Assembly: GCA_963678065.2 (NCBI GenBank)
Contig: CAXXVZ010000003.1
Location: 160,001 to 224,000 of the forward strand
Direction of reading: 5' to 3'
Length of the DNA: 64,000 nt
Origin: Treponemataceae bacterium
GTDB lineage: Bacteria; Spirochaetota; Spirochaetia; Treponematales; Rectinemataceae
How positions within the stretch are numbered: position 1 is the stretch's first letter; each line of letters opens with the position of its first letter. Below are positions 52,759 to 63,524 of this stretch, in pieces. A model generated the notes under the pieces. The model searched no databases. It worked only from the letters and a program-made list of their open reading frames with translations, and had not been told where the DNA came from. The translations under genes were made by a program, and so were the position numbers.

Positions 52759-54288
52759 ATGCGAGCAAACCTCGAGATCCTGACGAAAATCGACCGAGAG
52801 CGTCAGCTGCTGACCCACATCGGAGCCATTCTCGGGTGGGACCAGGAAACCTATATGCCGGAAAAGGCCGTCTATGAAAGGGCAGAACAGCTCGCCCTCA
52901 TCGAGAGCATGGCGCACGAGAAGGCAACATCTCCCCGCATCGGAGAGCTGCTCTCCGAACTCGGGTCGACGGACGAGAACCCCGGCGGCAATCCCGAACT
53001 CGGACCGGAGGAGAGAGCCTACCTCCACGCACTCAGGCGCAGCTACGACAGGCTCACCAAACTCCCCGTCGAGCTCGTCGCCGAGACCGCCCGCGCCACG
53101 AGCCTTTCCCAGGCAGTCTGGGTCGACGCGAAGAAGAACAACGACTTCAAATCCTTCGCTCCCCACCTCGCGACCATGATCGACCTGAACCGCCGCAAGG
53201 CGGCCTGCATCAAGCCGGAAGCCAAGCCCTACGATGTCCTTCTCGACCTCTTCGAGCCCGAGTGCACGGAGGAATCCATCGGGGCGATCTTCTCCGCCCT
53301 CAGAACAGAGCTCGTTTCCATTATTTCAGCCATACGCGGCAGACCCCAGGTCGACGATTCCTTCCTCCACCGCCCCGTCCCCGTGGAGCGCCAGAGAAAA
53401 ATCAGCGAGTGGCTCATGGACGTGCTCGCCTACGACAGGACGAAGGGGCGGCTCGATACGACGGTCCATCCCTTCACTACCACCCTCGGAACCGACGACG
53501 TGCGCATCACCACGCGTTTCATCGAAAATTTCCTGCCCTCGTCCGTCTTCAGCACTATCCACGAGACGGGCCACGCCCTCTACGAACTCGGCATCGATCC
53601 GGCGCCGGGTTTCTCCCGCACGGTCCTCTCCGAAGCAGCCTCGATGGCGATCCACGAATCGCAATCCCGCCTCTGGGAGAACATCGTCGGCCGCTCAGAG
53701 GCCTTCTGGAAGGAACATTATCCGACCTTGCAGGGGCTTGCGGGTCCCGCTCTCGCCGATGTCGGCCTTGCCGCCTTCGTCGCGGCCATCAACAAGGTCG
53801 AGCCCTCCCTCATCCGGACGGAGGCCGACGAGGTGACCTACGGGCTTCACATCATCCTCCGCTTCGAACTCGAGGCCGATCTCATTGCGGGAAGGCTCTC
53901 CGTGGAGGATCTCCCGGCGGCGTGGAACGCGAAGATGAAGGAGCTTTTCGACCTCACGCCTCCGGACGACGCGCGCGGATGCCTTCAGGATGTGCACTGG
54001 GCTATAGGCGCCTTCGGCTATTTCCCGAGCTATTCTCTCGGCAACCTGTACTCCGCCCAGTTCTGGGACACCATGAAGCGCGAGATGCCGGGCGAACCTG
54101 CGCTGAGCGGGGCGCCGGGGCGCTACGACCTCAGCCACATTCTCGGCTGGCTCAGGGCCAACATCCACAAGCCGGGCGCCACATACCTGCCCGGCGAGCT
54201 CGTCGAACGGGTGACGGGGCGGAGCCTCGATCCCTCGCACTTCGTCGTCTACCTCCGGGAGAAGTACTCGCGGATATACGGATTCTAA
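52759..54288 (+). CDS. carboxypeptidase M32 (Taq-like)
   Basis: HPF, HETGH, HESQ, IRTEADE, GCLQDVHW, YFPSYSLG; AAAGGAG RBS. Confidence 0.95.
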   Translation: MRANLEILTKIDRERQLLTHIGAILGWDQETYMPEKAVYERAEQLALIESMAHEKATSPRIGELLSELGSTDENPGGNPELGPEERAYLHALRRSYDRLTKLPVELVAETARATSLSQAVWVDAKKNNDFKSFAPHLATMIDLNRRKAACIKPEAKPYDVLLDLFEPECTEESIGAIFSALRTELVSIISAIRGRPQVDDSFLHRPVPVERQRKISEWLMDVLAYDRTKGRLDTTVHPFTTTLGTDDVRITTRFIENFLPSSVFSTIHETGHALYELGIDPAPGFSRTVLSEAASMAIHESQSRLWENIVGRSEAFWKEHYPTLQGLAGPALADVGLAAFVAAINKVEPSLIRTEADEVTYGLHIILRFELEADLIAGRLSVEDLPAAWNAKMKELFDLTPPDDARGCLQDVHWAIGAFGYFPSYSLGNLYSAQFWDTMKREMPGEPALSGAPGRYDLSHILGWLRANIHKPGATYLPGELVERVTGRSLDPSHFVVYLREKYSRIYGF

Positions 54289-54307
54289 GCGGATATACGG
54301 ATTTTAA
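54270..54307 (+). repeat. 19-bp tandem duplication of the carboxypeptidase 3' end
   Basis: GCGGATATACGGATTCTAA followed by GCGGATATACGGATTTTAA. Confidence 0.85.
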
Positions 54308-54341
54308 AAAAGGGAAAGGCGCCTATCGGGGTGCCTTTCCC
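54306..54341 (-). terminator. intrinsic terminator
   Basis: GGGAAAGGC/GCCTTTCCC stem with T6 on the minus strand. Confidence 0.65.
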
Positions 54342-54386
54342 GTCATCGCGGGTATGGGACGCGGGCGCCTTCGCGGCGCGCGGTAT

Positions 54387-55172
54387 CTACATCGTCTTCC
54401 AGAAGCGGTAGTTGACGCGCTCGATCTCCTCGATACTCTTGAGGGGATAGAATTTGCAGCCGTTCTGGCTCGCGAACATGAAGCCGTGGCGCAGGTTCTT
54501 GTACGAGAACTTGTCGAAAGGACAGTCGAGGGAGATGCCCTTCACCTTCTTTCCGGGCGTCTTCAGCATTTCGAGGATGGATTCGTGCAGTCGCGCGGGG
54601 TGGGTGCCCGGCACGAAGGTCGAGATGAAGGGATTCGCGTCGAACTCACCCATGAAATCGTCGACCGAGAACTCGAGCTGGGAGTAGAACATCACGGGCG
54701 CACCCTTGGTGTTGTGCTCGTCGGTGATGAACTTCGCGAACTCGAGGAAATTGTAGCGGGTGAGAACGATGAACTTGACGGGATTGATCTCGAGGATGAT
54801 GCGCATCTCATCGCCGCGGGTCTTGGGATCGTAGTCCGAAGCCTCGAGTGAGACGTAGTCGCCCGTCGAGTTGCAGACGTAGAGGAGCCCCAGTTTTTCG
54901 AAATCGATGTGCTCGAGTACGCGGTAGCTCTTGATGAATTTGGTCGCCTTTGGCCTGCCGTCTTCGTGGGGCTGAAGATCCTTGTAGGCGGCGTCTATGT
55001 CGAAATACGGATGGCGGAAGGCCGTATCGACCTCCGCGAAGATGAGCTTGCCCTCGAAGTAGCGGGTCGAGCCCTGGATGTAGTGCTTGATGAACTGCTC
55101 GGGGGGCAGTTGCGAGGCGATGAGCGAGTGGTTCGGATGCAGTATCAGATACAGATGTTTATCGGATTCCAT
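54387..55172 (-). CDS. conserved hypothetical protein
   Basis: 261-aa ORF MESDKHLYLILHPN..., GGAGG RBS, host-like codon use. Confidence 0.8.
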   Translation of the reverse strand: MESDKHLYLILHPNHSLIASQLPPEQFIKHYIQGSTRYFEGKLIFAEVDTAFRHPYFDIDAAYKDLQPHEDGRPKATKFIKSYRVLEHIDFEKLGLLYVCNSTGDYVSLEASDYDPKTRGDEMRIILEINPVKFIVLTRYNFLEFAKFITDEHNTKGAPVMFYSQLEFSVDDFMGEFDANPFISTFVPGTHPARLHESILEMLKTPGKKVKGISLDCPFDKFSYKNLRHGFMFASQNGCKFYPLKSIEEIERVNYRFWKTM

Positions 55173-55215
55173 GCGCGTCCTCCGGTCGATATGATCCCGA
55201 ACGGGATGTTTTTTT

Positions 55216-56544
55216 TCAAGATGCGGGCTCGGTTTTTTTGGTGGAGACTTCGTATCCCGGAACGCCGGCGATGCCTGCCCGGGCGTCTGCGGCCCTGGCG
55301 TGGGCTTCGAGCCCCTCGATCCGCGCGAATGCGGCCGCATCGCGCGCGAGTTCCTCCGGCTCGTCCAGCGCAAGCCAGGTTCGGGCGCGAAGGAAGGCGA
55401 GGACGGAGAGTCCCGCGGCGAAGCGCGCCGCGCCTCCCGTGGGGAGGCAGTGGTTGGGCCCCGCGCCGTAGTCGCCCATGACCTCCGCGGAGGCCGCGCC
55501 GACGAAGAGAGCTCCCGCGTTCCGGATCCTTTTCCGGTACACATCGGGATCGCGGACGAGGAGTTCGAGATGTTCGGGGGCGAAGCGGTCTGCCGCCTCG
55601 CAGGCGATGTCGATAAAGTCTCCGGCAGAATCAGCGACGGACAGAACCCAGCCATTGCCGAGCGCGGTTGTCGCCGTGCCGCGGTTGGGTTCGGGCAGCG
55701 TCGCGAGCCTGCGGTCCAGCGCTTTCTCGACGGCGCGGGCGAAGCCTTCGTCCGGGGCGACGAGGGCCGGAATCGCGGCAGGATCGTGCTCGGCCTGGGC
55801 GAGGAGGTCGGCGGCCACGATTTCGGGCCCCGCCGAAGCGTCGGCGATCACGAGGAGCTCGGAGGGCCCGGCCGGCGCCTCGGTCCCGACGACGCCGAAG
55901 AGAAGACGCTTCGCTGCCGCGACGTAGCGGCCGCCGGGGCCTACGATGACGTCGCAGGGCGGCGCGCCAACCCCGTAGGCGAGGGCGGCTATGGCCTGTG
56001 CTCCGCCCGCCGCGAGAAAGCCCTCCGCGCCCGCGATGAAGGCCGCCGCGAGTGTGACGCGCGAGGGGCGGGGTCCGGCGCACCAGACTGTGGCCACGCC
56101 TGCGGCCTTGGCCGCGCAGACGGTCATGAGCGCGCTCGAGGGCAGGGGATAGCGCCCGCCGGGAACGTAGCAGCCGGCGCGCGAAACGGGCACGAAGTCG
56201 TGACCGGCGCGGCCGCCCGGCACCGCCATGTCCAGATCGCAAAGGCTCGCCCGCTGGGCGGCCGCGAAGCCCGCTATGCGGTTTTTCGCGCGCTCGAGGA
56301 GGCCCCTCGTCTCCGTGTCCGTGGCCTCGAAGGCCGCCCGGAGCTCATCCCGGGAGATGGCGAAAGGAGCGCCGGGCGCAAGCTCGCCCGTCTTTTCGGC
56401 CCACTCGCGCAAGCCCGCCTCACCGCGCTTCCGGACCGCCTCTATCGCTCTCAGGGCGACGGCCTCGGCCTCGGCGTCGAAACCTTTGCGGCCCGATTCG
56501 GGTATATCCCCGAGCCCGATGCGCCTCAGTGTATGCTGTTCCAT
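55216..56544 (-). CDS. hisD: histidinol dehydrogenase
   Basis: [46 protein letters not shown]. Confidence 0.96.
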   Translation of the reverse strand: MEQHTLRRIGLGDIPESGRKGFDAEAEAVALRAIEAVRKRGEAGLREWAEKTGELAPGAPFAISRDELRAAFEATDTETRGLLERAKNRIAGFAAAQRASLCDLDMAVPGGRAGHDFVPVSRAGCYVPGGRYPLPSSALMTVCAAKAAGVATVWCAGPRPSRVTLAAAFIAGAEGFLAAGGAQAIAALAYGVGAPPCDVIVGPGGRYVAAAKRLLFGVVGTEAPAGPSELLVIADASAGPEIVAADLLAQAEHDPAAIPALVAPDEGFARAVEKALDRRLATLPEPNRGTATTALGNGWVLSVADSAGDFIDIACEAADRFAPEHLELLVRDPDVYRKRIRNAGALFVGAASAEVMGDYGAGPNHCLPTGGAARFAAGLSVLAFLRARTWLALDEPEELARDAAAFARIEGLEAHARAADARAGIAGVPGYEVSTKKTEPAS

Positions 56545-57842
56545 GAAAGGTCCTCGCCCGAAGTCTTGTAGGCCGGCTTGGCCGCTCCGCCCCTGCGTTT
56601 AACCTTGAGGGCGCGGCGGTCGAGCTCCGCCTCGATGTCGGCCAGTCCCGCCCCCTCGACTTCGGCCTTCACGAGAGCGAAGTAGATGACATCTGCGGCT
56701 TCGGCCGCCGCCTCGACAGGACCTTTCGCCCTTGCGAGTTCGTCGGCCTCTTCCCGGAGCTTGGACCCGAGAAGCGCCTCATCCTCGAAGAGCTTGCGCG
56801 TGTAGGAACCCGCTGGCGCGTCTTTGCGTCGCCCGGAGATCGTGCGGGTCAGCCTCTCGATCCCCTTTCCGTCGTCGAAACATGTCCAGCTGCCCGTATG
56901 GCAGAAGCCCTTCCCCTCCTGGCGGACCGTGAAGCGCAGAGTGTCCCTGTCGCAGTCGGTCTCGACCCGGACGAGGCGCTGGGTGTCGCCCGAGGATTCA
57001 CCCTTGGTCCACAGCCCGCGCCTTCGGGACTGGTAGACGCCGAGGCCGGTCTCGAAAGCCTTTTCTAGACTCTCGCGGCTCGACCAGGTCATGCCGAGAG
57101 CGCGGCCGCCCTCGTCACAGACCAGGGTGGGCCAGAGTCCGTCCGCCCGGTCGGAGACCAGCGGGGCCGCGAAGGCATCCGCGAGGCTCAGCTTGCCGAG
57201 GGCTATGGCCGTCCCTGCCTGGACATCGGCGCCGAGTCTGTCGAGCTCGGCGATTTCCACGGGCAAGGTGGCGCCGCCTGCGAAGGTGACCCGCCTGCCG
57301 CAGGCCGAGCCGACGAGGACCCTCGCCCGGTCGAGGTCGAGCCCCTCCATCGCTCCTTCGCGCTCGATGAAGGTGACGAGGAAGCCCGAAACGTACGGAG
57401 CGAGCTCCTCCATCCTCTTCGAAAGGTCGAAGTCGACGGATTTCGTCCAACCCTCGACCATGACCCTGCCATCCCTCATGTCGAGCGCGGCGATCACCCG
57501 CTCCTTCGGCAGTGCGGAGAGAAATTCCGGGTTGGCCTGGGTCCCGACCATCACCGAGCGGGCGCCTGAGTCGAGCAGTTCCATCGCGAGTTCGACGGTC
57601 CTTATACCGCCGCCCACCCGGGCGGGGTAGCGGCGGATGAGCTTCTTCACCAGTTCTTTGTTGTCGCCGCTTCCGAGGGCAGCGTCCAGGTCGACGATGG
57701 CGATCTCTCCCGCGCGCGAAAGGCGGGCCGCCACGACCTCGGGATCTCCTACGTCGAGCACGGGGAAACGCCCGCCTTCGGGCTTCCCGCCGCGGAGCTG
57801 CACCGCCCTTCCGTTCATAATATCCACACTCGGCACTATCAT
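56526..57842 (-). CDS. HisA-HisI-HisE fusion protein
   Basis: N-terminal IVPSVDIMNGRAVQL, VGGGIR (HisA); LWTKGESSG, DCDRD, CHTG..TCF (HisI); SYT, KLREEA.E, EAADVIY (HisE). Confidence 0.9.
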   Translation of the reverse strand: MIVPSVDIMNGRAVQLRGGKPEGGRFPVLDVGDPEVVAARLSRAGEIAIVDLDAALGSGDNKELVKKLIRRYPARVGGGIRTVELAMELLDSGARSVMVGTQANPEFLSALPKERVIAALDMRDGRVMVEGWTKSVDFDLSKRMEELAPYVSGFLVTFIEREGAMEGLDLDRARVLVGSACGRRVTFAGGATLPVEIAELDRLGADVQAGTAIALGKLSLADAFAAPLVSDRADGLWPTLVCDEGGRALGMTWSSRESLEKAFETGLGVYQSRRRGLWTKGESSGDTQRLVRVETDCDRDTLRFTVRQEGKGFCHTGSWTCFDDGKGIERLTRTISGRRKDAPAGSYTRKLFEDEALLGSKLREEADELARAKGPVEAAAEAADVIYFALVKAEVEGAGLADIEAELDRRALKVKRRGGAAKPAYKTSGEDLSWNSIH

Positions 57843-58651
57843 ATCCGAACCTCCACATTCTTCGACGCGAGAAATCGTTTGAGTTCGCCGACCGAAAGTT
57901 CTCCGCGGTGGAAGACTCCGGCCGCGAGGAGGGCTCCCGCCCCGGCCTCTATGCCTTCAAGAAACTGCCCGGGTCTCGCGGCTCCCCCGGAGGCGATGAC
58001 GGAGATCCCGCATGAGCGGCTCACGAGGCGAAGAAGCTCGGCGTCGTAGCCGATGCCCGTCCCGTCGCGGTCTATCGCGGTCAGGAGGATCTCCCCGGCC
58101 CCGAGCCTTGCGCCTTGCGCGCACCAGAGCACGGGATCGATGCCCGTGGGCTTCCCGCCCGAGTGGACGAAGACTTCCCAGAGCCGGGACGCCGCCGTCT
58201 CAGTCCCCAGAATCGACGCGACTTTCCCGGCAACTCCAGCCGTCTTCCGGCCGGCATCCACCGCGAGCACTACGCATTGTACACCGAATCGCTCGGCGAG
58301 GCGCGATATCAACGCGGGATCGGCCACAGCCGCGCTGTTCACCGATACCCGGTCCGCCCCGGCGGAGAGGAGTCTGCCCGCGTCCTCGACAGAGCGGATG
58401 CCGCCTCCGACCACGACGGGAATGGAGACTGCCTTTCTGATCCTCTCCACGGTCGCGGTGGCTGTCCTCCTCTCCTCAAGAGTCGCGCTGATGTCGAGCA
58501 TGGCGATCTCGTCGGCGCCCTCCGCCTCGTAGCGCGCGGACAGTTCGGCGGGGTCGCCAGAATCGACGAGATTGCCGAACCTGACTCCCTTCACGACGCG
58601 CCCACCCCGCACGTCGAGGCAGGGAATTATCCTGACAGCGGTTCCGCTCAT
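57839..58651 (-). CDS. hisF: imidazole glycerol phosphate synthase cyclase subunit
   Basis: RIIPCLDV, VVKGV, GADE, GAGEILLT.IDRDGT, IASGG. Confidence 0.96.
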   Translation of the reverse strand: MSGTAVRIIPCLDVRGGRVVKGVRFGNLVDSGDPAELSARYEAEGADEIAMLDISATLEERRTATATVERIRKAVSIPVVVGGGIRSVEDAGRLLSAGADRVSVNSAAVADPALISRLAERFGVQCVVLAVDAGRKTAGVAGKVASILGTETAASRLWEVFVHSGGKPTGIDPVLWCAQGARLGAGEILLTAIDRDGTGIGYDAELLRLVSRSCGISVIASGGAARPGQFLEGIEAGAGALLAAGVFHRGELSVGELKRFLASKNVEVRI

Positions 58652-59469
58652 ACTTCGCCTCCCGTGGCGCCGGGCAGCCCGCTGCCGGCCACAACCCTCG
58701 CACGCGTATCCTCGCCTTCGTCCGCTCCGACGCCGAGCCATCGTCTGTACAGGCTCTGTCCCCATGGTCCGGAGAGTTCGGGGTGGAACTGGCACAGAAG
58801 GAGAGAAGGGCTCATGCCTCGTCCCGGCTCTGAGTATTCAAGGGAGGCCACGAAGGGTTCCCCGTATACGGACCGCGAAACCCGGAATCCGGCGGGACCC
58901 TCCGCCACACAGTAACTGTTCGCGTAATAGGCCCAGCCATCGGCGACGAGCCCTCGCTCTCCGGGCCGGTCGGGGTAGCTGCCCGCCGCGACGCGGTTCC
59001 ATCCGAGCTGCGGTAAAGGAAGATTGCAGACAAAGCGCCTGACAGTCGCCTGCACGATGCCCATCCCCTCGACCCCTCCTGACTCCTCGCTCGAGGCGCA
59101 GAAGAGCTGCATCCCGAGACAGATGCCCATGGATGGACGTCCTGCGACGAATCGTTCCCTGAATGCGTCCGCTATTCCGCTCGCCACAAGCTTCTCCATC
59201 GCGGGTCCGAAAGCCCCTACGCCCGGAAGGATTGCGTAGTCGGCCTTCGCGATGTCCGCAGCGTCTTCGGATATCTGCGCATCGCTCCCCGTTCCGGCCA
59301 ATACCCGCCCGAGGGCGGCCATGACTGAGGCGAGGTTGGCCGCTCCGGTGGAAGCGACGAGAATTTTTCTGCCTCCGCGTCGCGCTCCGTCGTCGTCGTC
59401 GACCTTCGCCGCGGTGCCGGATCTCTCCGGCGCAGAGTCACCCTTTTGCACGAGGTTTTCCGGCATCAT
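58648..59469 (-). CDS. hisH: imidazole glycerol phosphate synthase glutaminase subunit
   Basis: [27 protein letters not shown]. Confidence 0.93.
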   Translation of the reverse strand: MMPENLVQKGDSAPERSGTAAKVDDDDGARRGGRKILVASTGAANLASVMAALGRVLAGTGSDAQISEDAADIAKADYAILPGVGAFGPAMEKLVASGIADAFRERFVAGRPSMGICLGMQLFCASSEESGGVEGMGIVQATVRRFVCNLPLPQLGWNRVAAGSYPDRPGERGLVADGWAYYANSYCVAEGPAGFRVSRSVYGEPFVASLEYSEPGRGMSPSLLLCQFHPELSGPWGQSLYRRWLGVGADEGEDTRARVVAGSGLPGATGGEV

Positions 59470-60209
59470 GATCCTTCTCCCCGGAGCTTCTCCCACTCTT
59501 CCCCGTCGAGCTCGACAAGTCGCACCCCGCCCTTCGTGCTCGCAAACCCCCCACTCTCGTCCGCCACTTTCCCCGCCCCGCGGCTTTCCGCCGGCTCGAG
59601 CGCCATCCTGAGGGCGAGAGCCAGGGCCTTGAATGCCGCCTCAGCCCTGTGGTGGTCGTTGTTCCCCCTGATCAGGTCGACGTGGAGATTCATCCTGGCA
59701 GAATACGCGAAGCTTTCGAAGACATGGACGATGTTCTCGCAGGCGAGTTCCCCGACAGCGGGGCGCGCGAGTCCCAGCTCCGCCACGCAGTACGGCCTCC
59801 CCGAAAGGTCCACGACGGCCCTCGCGAGGGATTCGTCGAGGGGGGCGTAGGCGTATCCGAATCGCCTCGTCCTGCCCGACTTCTGCAGAATGCGGAACAG
59901 GGCTTCGCCGAGAAGGATGGCGCAATCCTCCGCGCTGTGGTGGTCGTCCACGCAAAGATCGCCCCGGCACCGAAGGTCCACTGACCATCCTGCGTGCGTC
60001 GCGAGGGATGTCAGCATGTGGTCGAGAAAGCCTATACCGGTATCCACATTGATGCGCCTGTTCCCGGGGCCGTCTCCGCCCACTTCTTTTCTCTCCGCCC
60101 CGACTACGCCGTCCAGATCGAGCCAGAGGGAGATACTCGTCTCCGCGCTCGTCCGCGAGAGCGCGATCGCGCGTCCCTTTGCCGAAAAATCCGACATTCC
60201 GGTACTCAT
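59466..60209 (-). CDS. hisB: imidazoleglycerol-phosphate dehydratase
   Basis: [40 protein letters not shown]. Confidence 0.95.
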   Translation of the reverse strand: MSTGMSDFSAKGRAIALSRTSAETSISLWLDLDGVVGAERKEVGGDGPGNRRINVDTGIGFLDHMLTSLATHAGWSVDLRCRGDLCVDDHHSAEDCAILLGEALFRILQKSGRTRRFGYAYAPLDESLARAVVDLSGRPYCVAELGLARPAVGELACENIVHVFESFAYSARMNLHVDLIRGNNDHHRAEAAFKALALALRMALEPAESRGAGKVADESGGFASTKGGVRLVELDGEEWEKLRGEGS

Positions 60210-61237
60210 GCGAGCCTCCCTATATCGTCTAGAACCGAAAGTAGCCTCTGAAACTCTTCCTCACTGCCGGGACAGGTGATCCGGACGAGCCCCTCGAAGC
60301 CGGGCTTGCCCGGCCAGTGCCTGATGAGAACCTCCCTGTCGGCCAGAGCCGCCGCGAAGCCCGGCGCGTCCGCCACCCTCGCGCAGATGAAGTTCGCCTC
60401 GCTCGGGCAGGGCTCGGCGCCCGTGGCTTCCAGAACCGAGAACAGCCGCGCGCGCTCGGAGCGCACCTGGGCGAGAAAAGCTTCGTCCATCGCCGGGGCC
60501 GAGTCCAGCGACATGCATGCGGCCGCGATCGCCGGCGCGGAGAGCGAGTAGGGCGGCCCCGCCCTGCGCAGCGCCGCGACGAGATCCGATGACTCCCCGC
60601 ATGCCGCGGCCCATCCGACACGGAAGCCCGCGAGTCCGTAGGACTTGGAGAAACTTCCGGTCACCACCACGTTCCGCGTCGCGAGCGCCCGTTTCCGGAG
60701 CCTCTTGTCCGAGCCGAAGTCGTCGTAGGTCACGTCGACGACGAGGATCGTCCCGGATTGCAGGCAGGCCGAGGCGAGGACTTCGAACTCCTCCTCCGTC
60801 AGGATTCCACCGCCGGGATTATCGGGACTCGCCACGAGGAACATCGCCGGCCTGTTTTCCCGTATCATCGCCGAGGCGGCGCCGAGGGGGAAGGGCGCCT
60901 CGGGCCTCCGCTCCACCGAAATGCACTCCGCTCCCGAGCGCTCCGCCGCATCCGCGTACTCGCCGAAGGAGGGCGCCGTCGTCGCGATCGTCGATCCTGG
61001 ACCCGCGAGCATGCGGACGGCGCGGTCGATGGCATCGTCGGCTCCCGCCGTCGCGATGACGAGGGAGGGATCGAGCCCGAGAAGGGCGCCGAGCTTTTTC
61101 TCGAGGGGGCGCGCGTCCGGATAGCGGCGAACCCTCTCCGGGGCGAGGAGCCCGGCCAGCTGGTCGGAGGAGAGGATGCATCGACCTTCGTTCGCGTCGA
61201 GCCGCAGAGGCTCTGGCGCCGGTATGGTGGCTGTCAT
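60206..61237 (-). CDS. hisC: histidinol-phosphate aminotransferase
   Basis: [29 protein letters not shown]; position in the his operon. Confidence 0.9.
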   Translation of the reverse strand: MTATIPAPEPLRLDANEGRCILSSDQLAGLLAPERVRRYPDARPLEKKLGALLGLDPSLVIATAGADDAIDRAVRMLAGPGSTIATTAPSFGEYADAAERSGAECISVERRPEAPFPLGAASAMIRENRPAMFLVASPDNPGGGILTEEEFEVLASACLQSGTILVVDVTYDDFGSDKRLRKRALATRNVVVTGSFSKSYGLAGFRVGWAAACGESSDLVAALRRAGPPYSLSAPAIAAACMSLDSAPAMDEAFLAQVRSERARLFSVLEATGAEPCPSEANFICARVADAPGFAAALADREVLIRHWPGKPGFEGLVRITCPGSEEEFQRLLSVLDDIGRLA

Positions 61238-61283
61238 GCCCGTTTCCTTGCCGTTATCGGCTGCATCCGCGATCGCTCCGCCC

Positions 61284-62219
61284 TCATGGGACGAGCTGGC
61301 TGAGCTCTGTGACGACGATGTCCGTGCCGCCACGCTTCTTGATCTCCGGAATGAGGTGTGCGAGCATCGCGCGCGGGGCCGCGATCCTGACAGCGAAAGC
61401 CTGTCCGCCGTCAAGGGGCGAAATCGTCGGCGAGCGCAGGCAGGGCAGGATGTCCGTCACCGCCTGGAGCCGCTCGATCCCCACGTTGAGTTCGACCATG
61501 ACCCTCGTGCGCGCCTCGATCACCGACGTGAGGAGGAGGACGATGGATTCCGCGGCTTCCCTCTTGGCGGGGTCGGCCATCGCGGCTTTGGATGCGTAGA
61601 GCCTCGTCGAGCTCTTCATGATCTCGTCCAGGATGACGAGGCCGTTCGCCTTCAGCGTCGAACCGGTCGCGCAGTTGTCGACGATGATGTCGGCGTCTTC
61701 GGGCGGGAAGACCTCCGTCGCGCCGTAGGAGCGGAGGAAGACAGCGCCCGGCGTGTTGCGCGTCATCCAGTACTTCGTGATTCCCTGATATTCCGAGGCG
61801 ACGACGAGGGAATTGCGGGCATTCTTGATGCCATCGGGGCGCGCATCGGCCTTGAGCCTCCCGTTTTCAGTCAGGTAGGCCGGGGCCGCCGCGACGATCT
61901 TCACAGGATCGAGCCCCGTGTCCATGAGCTCGACGAGGTCGGCCTCGAGCTCGCGCACCCAGTCTGCGCCTGCGAAGCCCACGTCGCGGCTTCCCGTCGC
62001 GAGCATCTCGACGATGTTCTGCGGCTTGAGGAACTTGGCTTCGAAGGCGATGTTGAGGGCCCCTTCGATCACCTGCTCCGGATCCGACCCCACCTGTGGC
62101 CTGTAGCCGCGGTCATCGGCCCGGACCGGAAGCCCCGCATCGCCCATGAGACGAAGAACTTCGGCCTGCATCCTTCCCTTCGGCAATCCGAGCCTCACCA
62201 CTGTCTGACCTGCACTCAT
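61284..62219 (-). CDS. hisG: ATP phosphoribosyltransferase, long form
   Basis: LPKGRM, GADWVRE, GATEVFP, DIIVD...TGSTL, C-terminal SPTISPL regulatory domain. Confidence 0.95.
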   Translation of the reverse strand: MSAGQTVVRLGLPKGRMQAEVLRLMGDAGLPVRADDRGYRPQVGSDPEQVIEGALNIAFEAKFLKPQNIVEMLATGSRDVGFAGADWVRELEADLVELMDTGLDPVKIVAAAPAYLTENGRLKADARPDGIKNARNSLVVASEYQGITKYWMTRNTPGAVFLRSYGATEVFPPEDADIIVDNCATGSTLKANGLVILDEIMKSSTRLYASKAAMADPAKREAAESIVLLLTSVIEARTRVMVELNVGIERLQAVTDILPCLRSPTISPLDGGQAFAVRIAAPRAMLAHLIPEIKKRGGTDIVVTELSQLVP

Positions 62220-62236
62220 CGAAAACTCCTTGTATG

Positions 62237-62266
62237 AAAAAAGCCGGCTCCTCGGGGCCGGCTTTT
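62237..62266 (-). terminator. his attenuator terminator
   Basis: AAAAGCCGGC/GCCGGCTTTT stem followed by T6, immediately before the hisG RBS. Confidence 0.85.
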
Positions 62267-62386
62267 CAGGAACGCGGGATTGTGGTTTCCCTCTCGTGCC
62301 TCAATAAACGGAGCGCCGGCCCCTGCAGTCCGGGACCGGCGCTCTCCGTATGGTTTCGCGCGTATCGCGCATCTACCCCGGACAAC

Positions 62387-62455
62387 TCACGGTCCCTGAA
62401 AATGACCGTGATGCCGATGGTTGAGGATGGCGACAGCGACGACTTCGTAGTTCAT
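62387..62455 (-). promoter_or_regulatory. hisL: his operon leader peptide MNYEVVAVAILNHRHHGHFQGP
   Basis: 4 His in 6 codons, upstream of alternative hairpins and a terminator before hisG. Confidence 0.8.
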
Positions 62456-62624
62456 GACGGATATACTAGACCATGAGCGCGGCGTCACTGTCAAGAACCG
62501 CGCCGCCGCTTCTGTATAAAAATGCAAAAACAACCCCGCCTTGCGCGGAAATCGCGGCGTGTCCCTCGGGAAAACCGGCGGCGGCCTGTAGTCCGAATCC
62601 GCGGCAATCGATACTATTATCGCA

Positions 62625-63524
62625 ATGAACACGGAAACGGATCGGTTGCCGATGCCCCAGCCGAAGCAGAAACTTTCGCAGGAGAACCACTCACGGGCGG
62701 TGCTGGGCGAAAGCCTTGTCTATCCCGTCCTCTCGCGCCGCTCAGGCGGACTATCTGTCGGCATAAATCTCTTTCCTGACCGCAAGACCTGCTCCTTCGA
62801 CTGCCCCTACTGCGAGGTTTTCCCCTTCGAGTCTCCCGAGACCCGCGATCCGGCCGCTCTCCTTCAGAAGCTGGAGCGCGATGTCGACGATTTTCTTGGC
62901 CGCATATATCCGGACTCTTTCGCGCCGGAGCCCCTGCGCGACCTCTGCATCTCCGGGAACGGCGAACCGACTCTCTCGCCCTGCCTGGAGCCCTGCCTCG
63001 CCCTCCTCGAATCGGCCCGGAAGCGCCATCCGGAGATCCTCGCGGCGACGCCGACCGTCATCATCACCAATTCGACGGGATTCCTGAACTCCGCCACCCG
63101 GGAGCTTCTGTCCCGCTTCGCTTCGCTCGGCAGGCTCGATATCTGGGCCAAGCTCGACGCGGGCAGCCCCGGGGTATTCCGTCTCATGTCAGGATCGGGC
63201 TTCCGCCTCGACGAGGTCCTCGCTGGCCTTCTCGCTTTTTCTCAGAAGACGCCCGTCATCATCCAGAGCATGCTCTGCTCCGTAGGGGACTTCAGTCCGG
63301 GCAGGGCTGAAATCGAGGCGCGCGCCGCCCTCCTCGGAGAATTCGCCGGCCGCGGCGCCCTGATCCGCGAAGTCCATCTCTACACACTCTCTCGCGAGGC
63401 CTGCCACCCGGGAGTCCGTCCCGTCTGTGACGCGGAACTCCTCGAGGCCGCGCGCATCCTGTCGCGCGCCCTGCCTTCCGGCGTGCCGGTCAAAACCTTC
63501 GGGCCGCACGGACTACTCGTTTGA
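62625..63524 (+). CDS. radical SAM protein
   Basis: YPVLSRRSGGLSVGINL, CSFDCPYC, SGNGEPT, ITNS, AKLDAG. Confidence 0.9.
   Translation: MNTETDRLPMPQPKQKLSQENHSRAVLGESLVYPVLSRRSGGLSVGINLFPDRKTCSFDCPYCEVFPFESPETRDPAALLQKLERDVDDFLGRIYPDSFAPEPLRDLCISGNGEPTLSPCLEPCLALLESARKRHPEILAATPTVIITNSTGFLNSATRELLSRFASLGRLDIWAKLDAGSPGVFRLMSGSGFRLDEVLAGLLAFSQKTPVIIQSMLCSVGDFSPGRAEIEARAALLGEFAGRGALIREVHLYTLSREACHPGVRPVCDAELLEAARILSRALPSGVPVKTFGPHGLLV

Noticed and set aside
62625..63524. Radical SAM protein as the missing EpmB
   Set aside because: Lacks KamA/EpmB motifs such as HKY and CRYCFR; belongs to a different short radical SAM family
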